A DNA stretch of 59,835 nucleotides, counting the filler, from Sphacelaria rigidula (Eukaryota), in the NCBI GenBank assembly GCA_964200075.2. It is 7 parts of 7 records of this genome, joined end to end, with 100 filler letters (N's around TTAATTAATTAA, not from the genome) between each part and the next. Parts side by side here need not be neighbours in the genome. Positions count along the whole stretch, not along the records: positions 51,375 to 59,835 come from CAXNAA020011063.1; 6 more parts are not named here. One strand, given 5' to 3'. A program made the translations under genes and the position numbers. The first letter of the stretch is position 1. Every line of letters begins with the position of its first letter. The notes under the pieces are model-generated. The model ran no database searches and was not told the DNA's origin. It worked only from the letters and a program-made list of their open reading frames with translations. Positions 59,421 to 59,835 of this stretch are shown here, piece by piece.

Positions 59421-59835
59421 CTGCGCGCACACCTCTGGAAAACCGAGGGCACAGTCGTGTGGTGAATGGAATGCATCGTATTGCAATATCGAAAAGGGCA
59501 GAAAACGGTCGCAGTAGGCGTGAAGTATGTTGAGTATGCCTGATTGTTAGCGAGAGCTAGGTTAACTGTTCCGTGACGTACGACTGCCAACAACTGCCGC
59601 AACAATAGCAACAACAGCACAGTGCCCACAACATTTCATGTTTCTCAACTCTAGAAACGCGGTCGCGTGGATTTGAAAACGCCAAACTGATCCGCAGCGG
59701 CCATAGCATCCGATCGACCTGTGATGCCGACGGTAAGAGTGGCACCTGCAGACGGGTATAGGGACTAACACTAATCATGGAGTAGCCCCCCCAGCCCCCC
59801 CCCCCCCCCCCCCGCCTCCCAACCACACCAAGAAA

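Overview
Eukaryotic nuclear DNA, most likely a brown alga (Phaeophyceae, Ectocarpus-like). This is inferred from EsV-1-7 repeats, short GT-AG exons in long repeat-filled introns, and the retroelement types present. The window is not one locus. It is seven separate ~8.46-kb contigs (1-8463, 8564-17026, 17127-25589, 25690-34151, 34252-42713, 42814-51274, 51375-59835) joined by artificial 100-nt N-TTAATTAATTAA-N spacers. Recognisable host genes, all partial: five exons of an MDR-family NADPH:quinone oxidoreductase head-to-head with the first exon of a SART3/Prp24-like gene, three exons of ATAD3, an EsV-1-7 zinc-finger repeat protein, and two exons of an unknown Ala/Pro-rich protein. Most of the rest is transposon-derived: many MITEs, tRNA-derived SINEs, RTE and CCHC-type LINE 3' ends, an RT-less Ty3/gypsy derivative and a decayed CMC/Plavaka-like DNA transposon. 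Most of the provided six-frame ORFs are spurious. The best leads are a LINE that ends in poly(C) and re-inserts as an ~80-bp GNRA-hairpin module at C tracts, a Gag-protease-TM-dead-integrase retroelement, the recently shuffled EsV-1-7 array, a 447-nt hairpin, and a palindromic/convergent tRNA-like Pol III cassette. All alignments were made by eye and no database searches were run.
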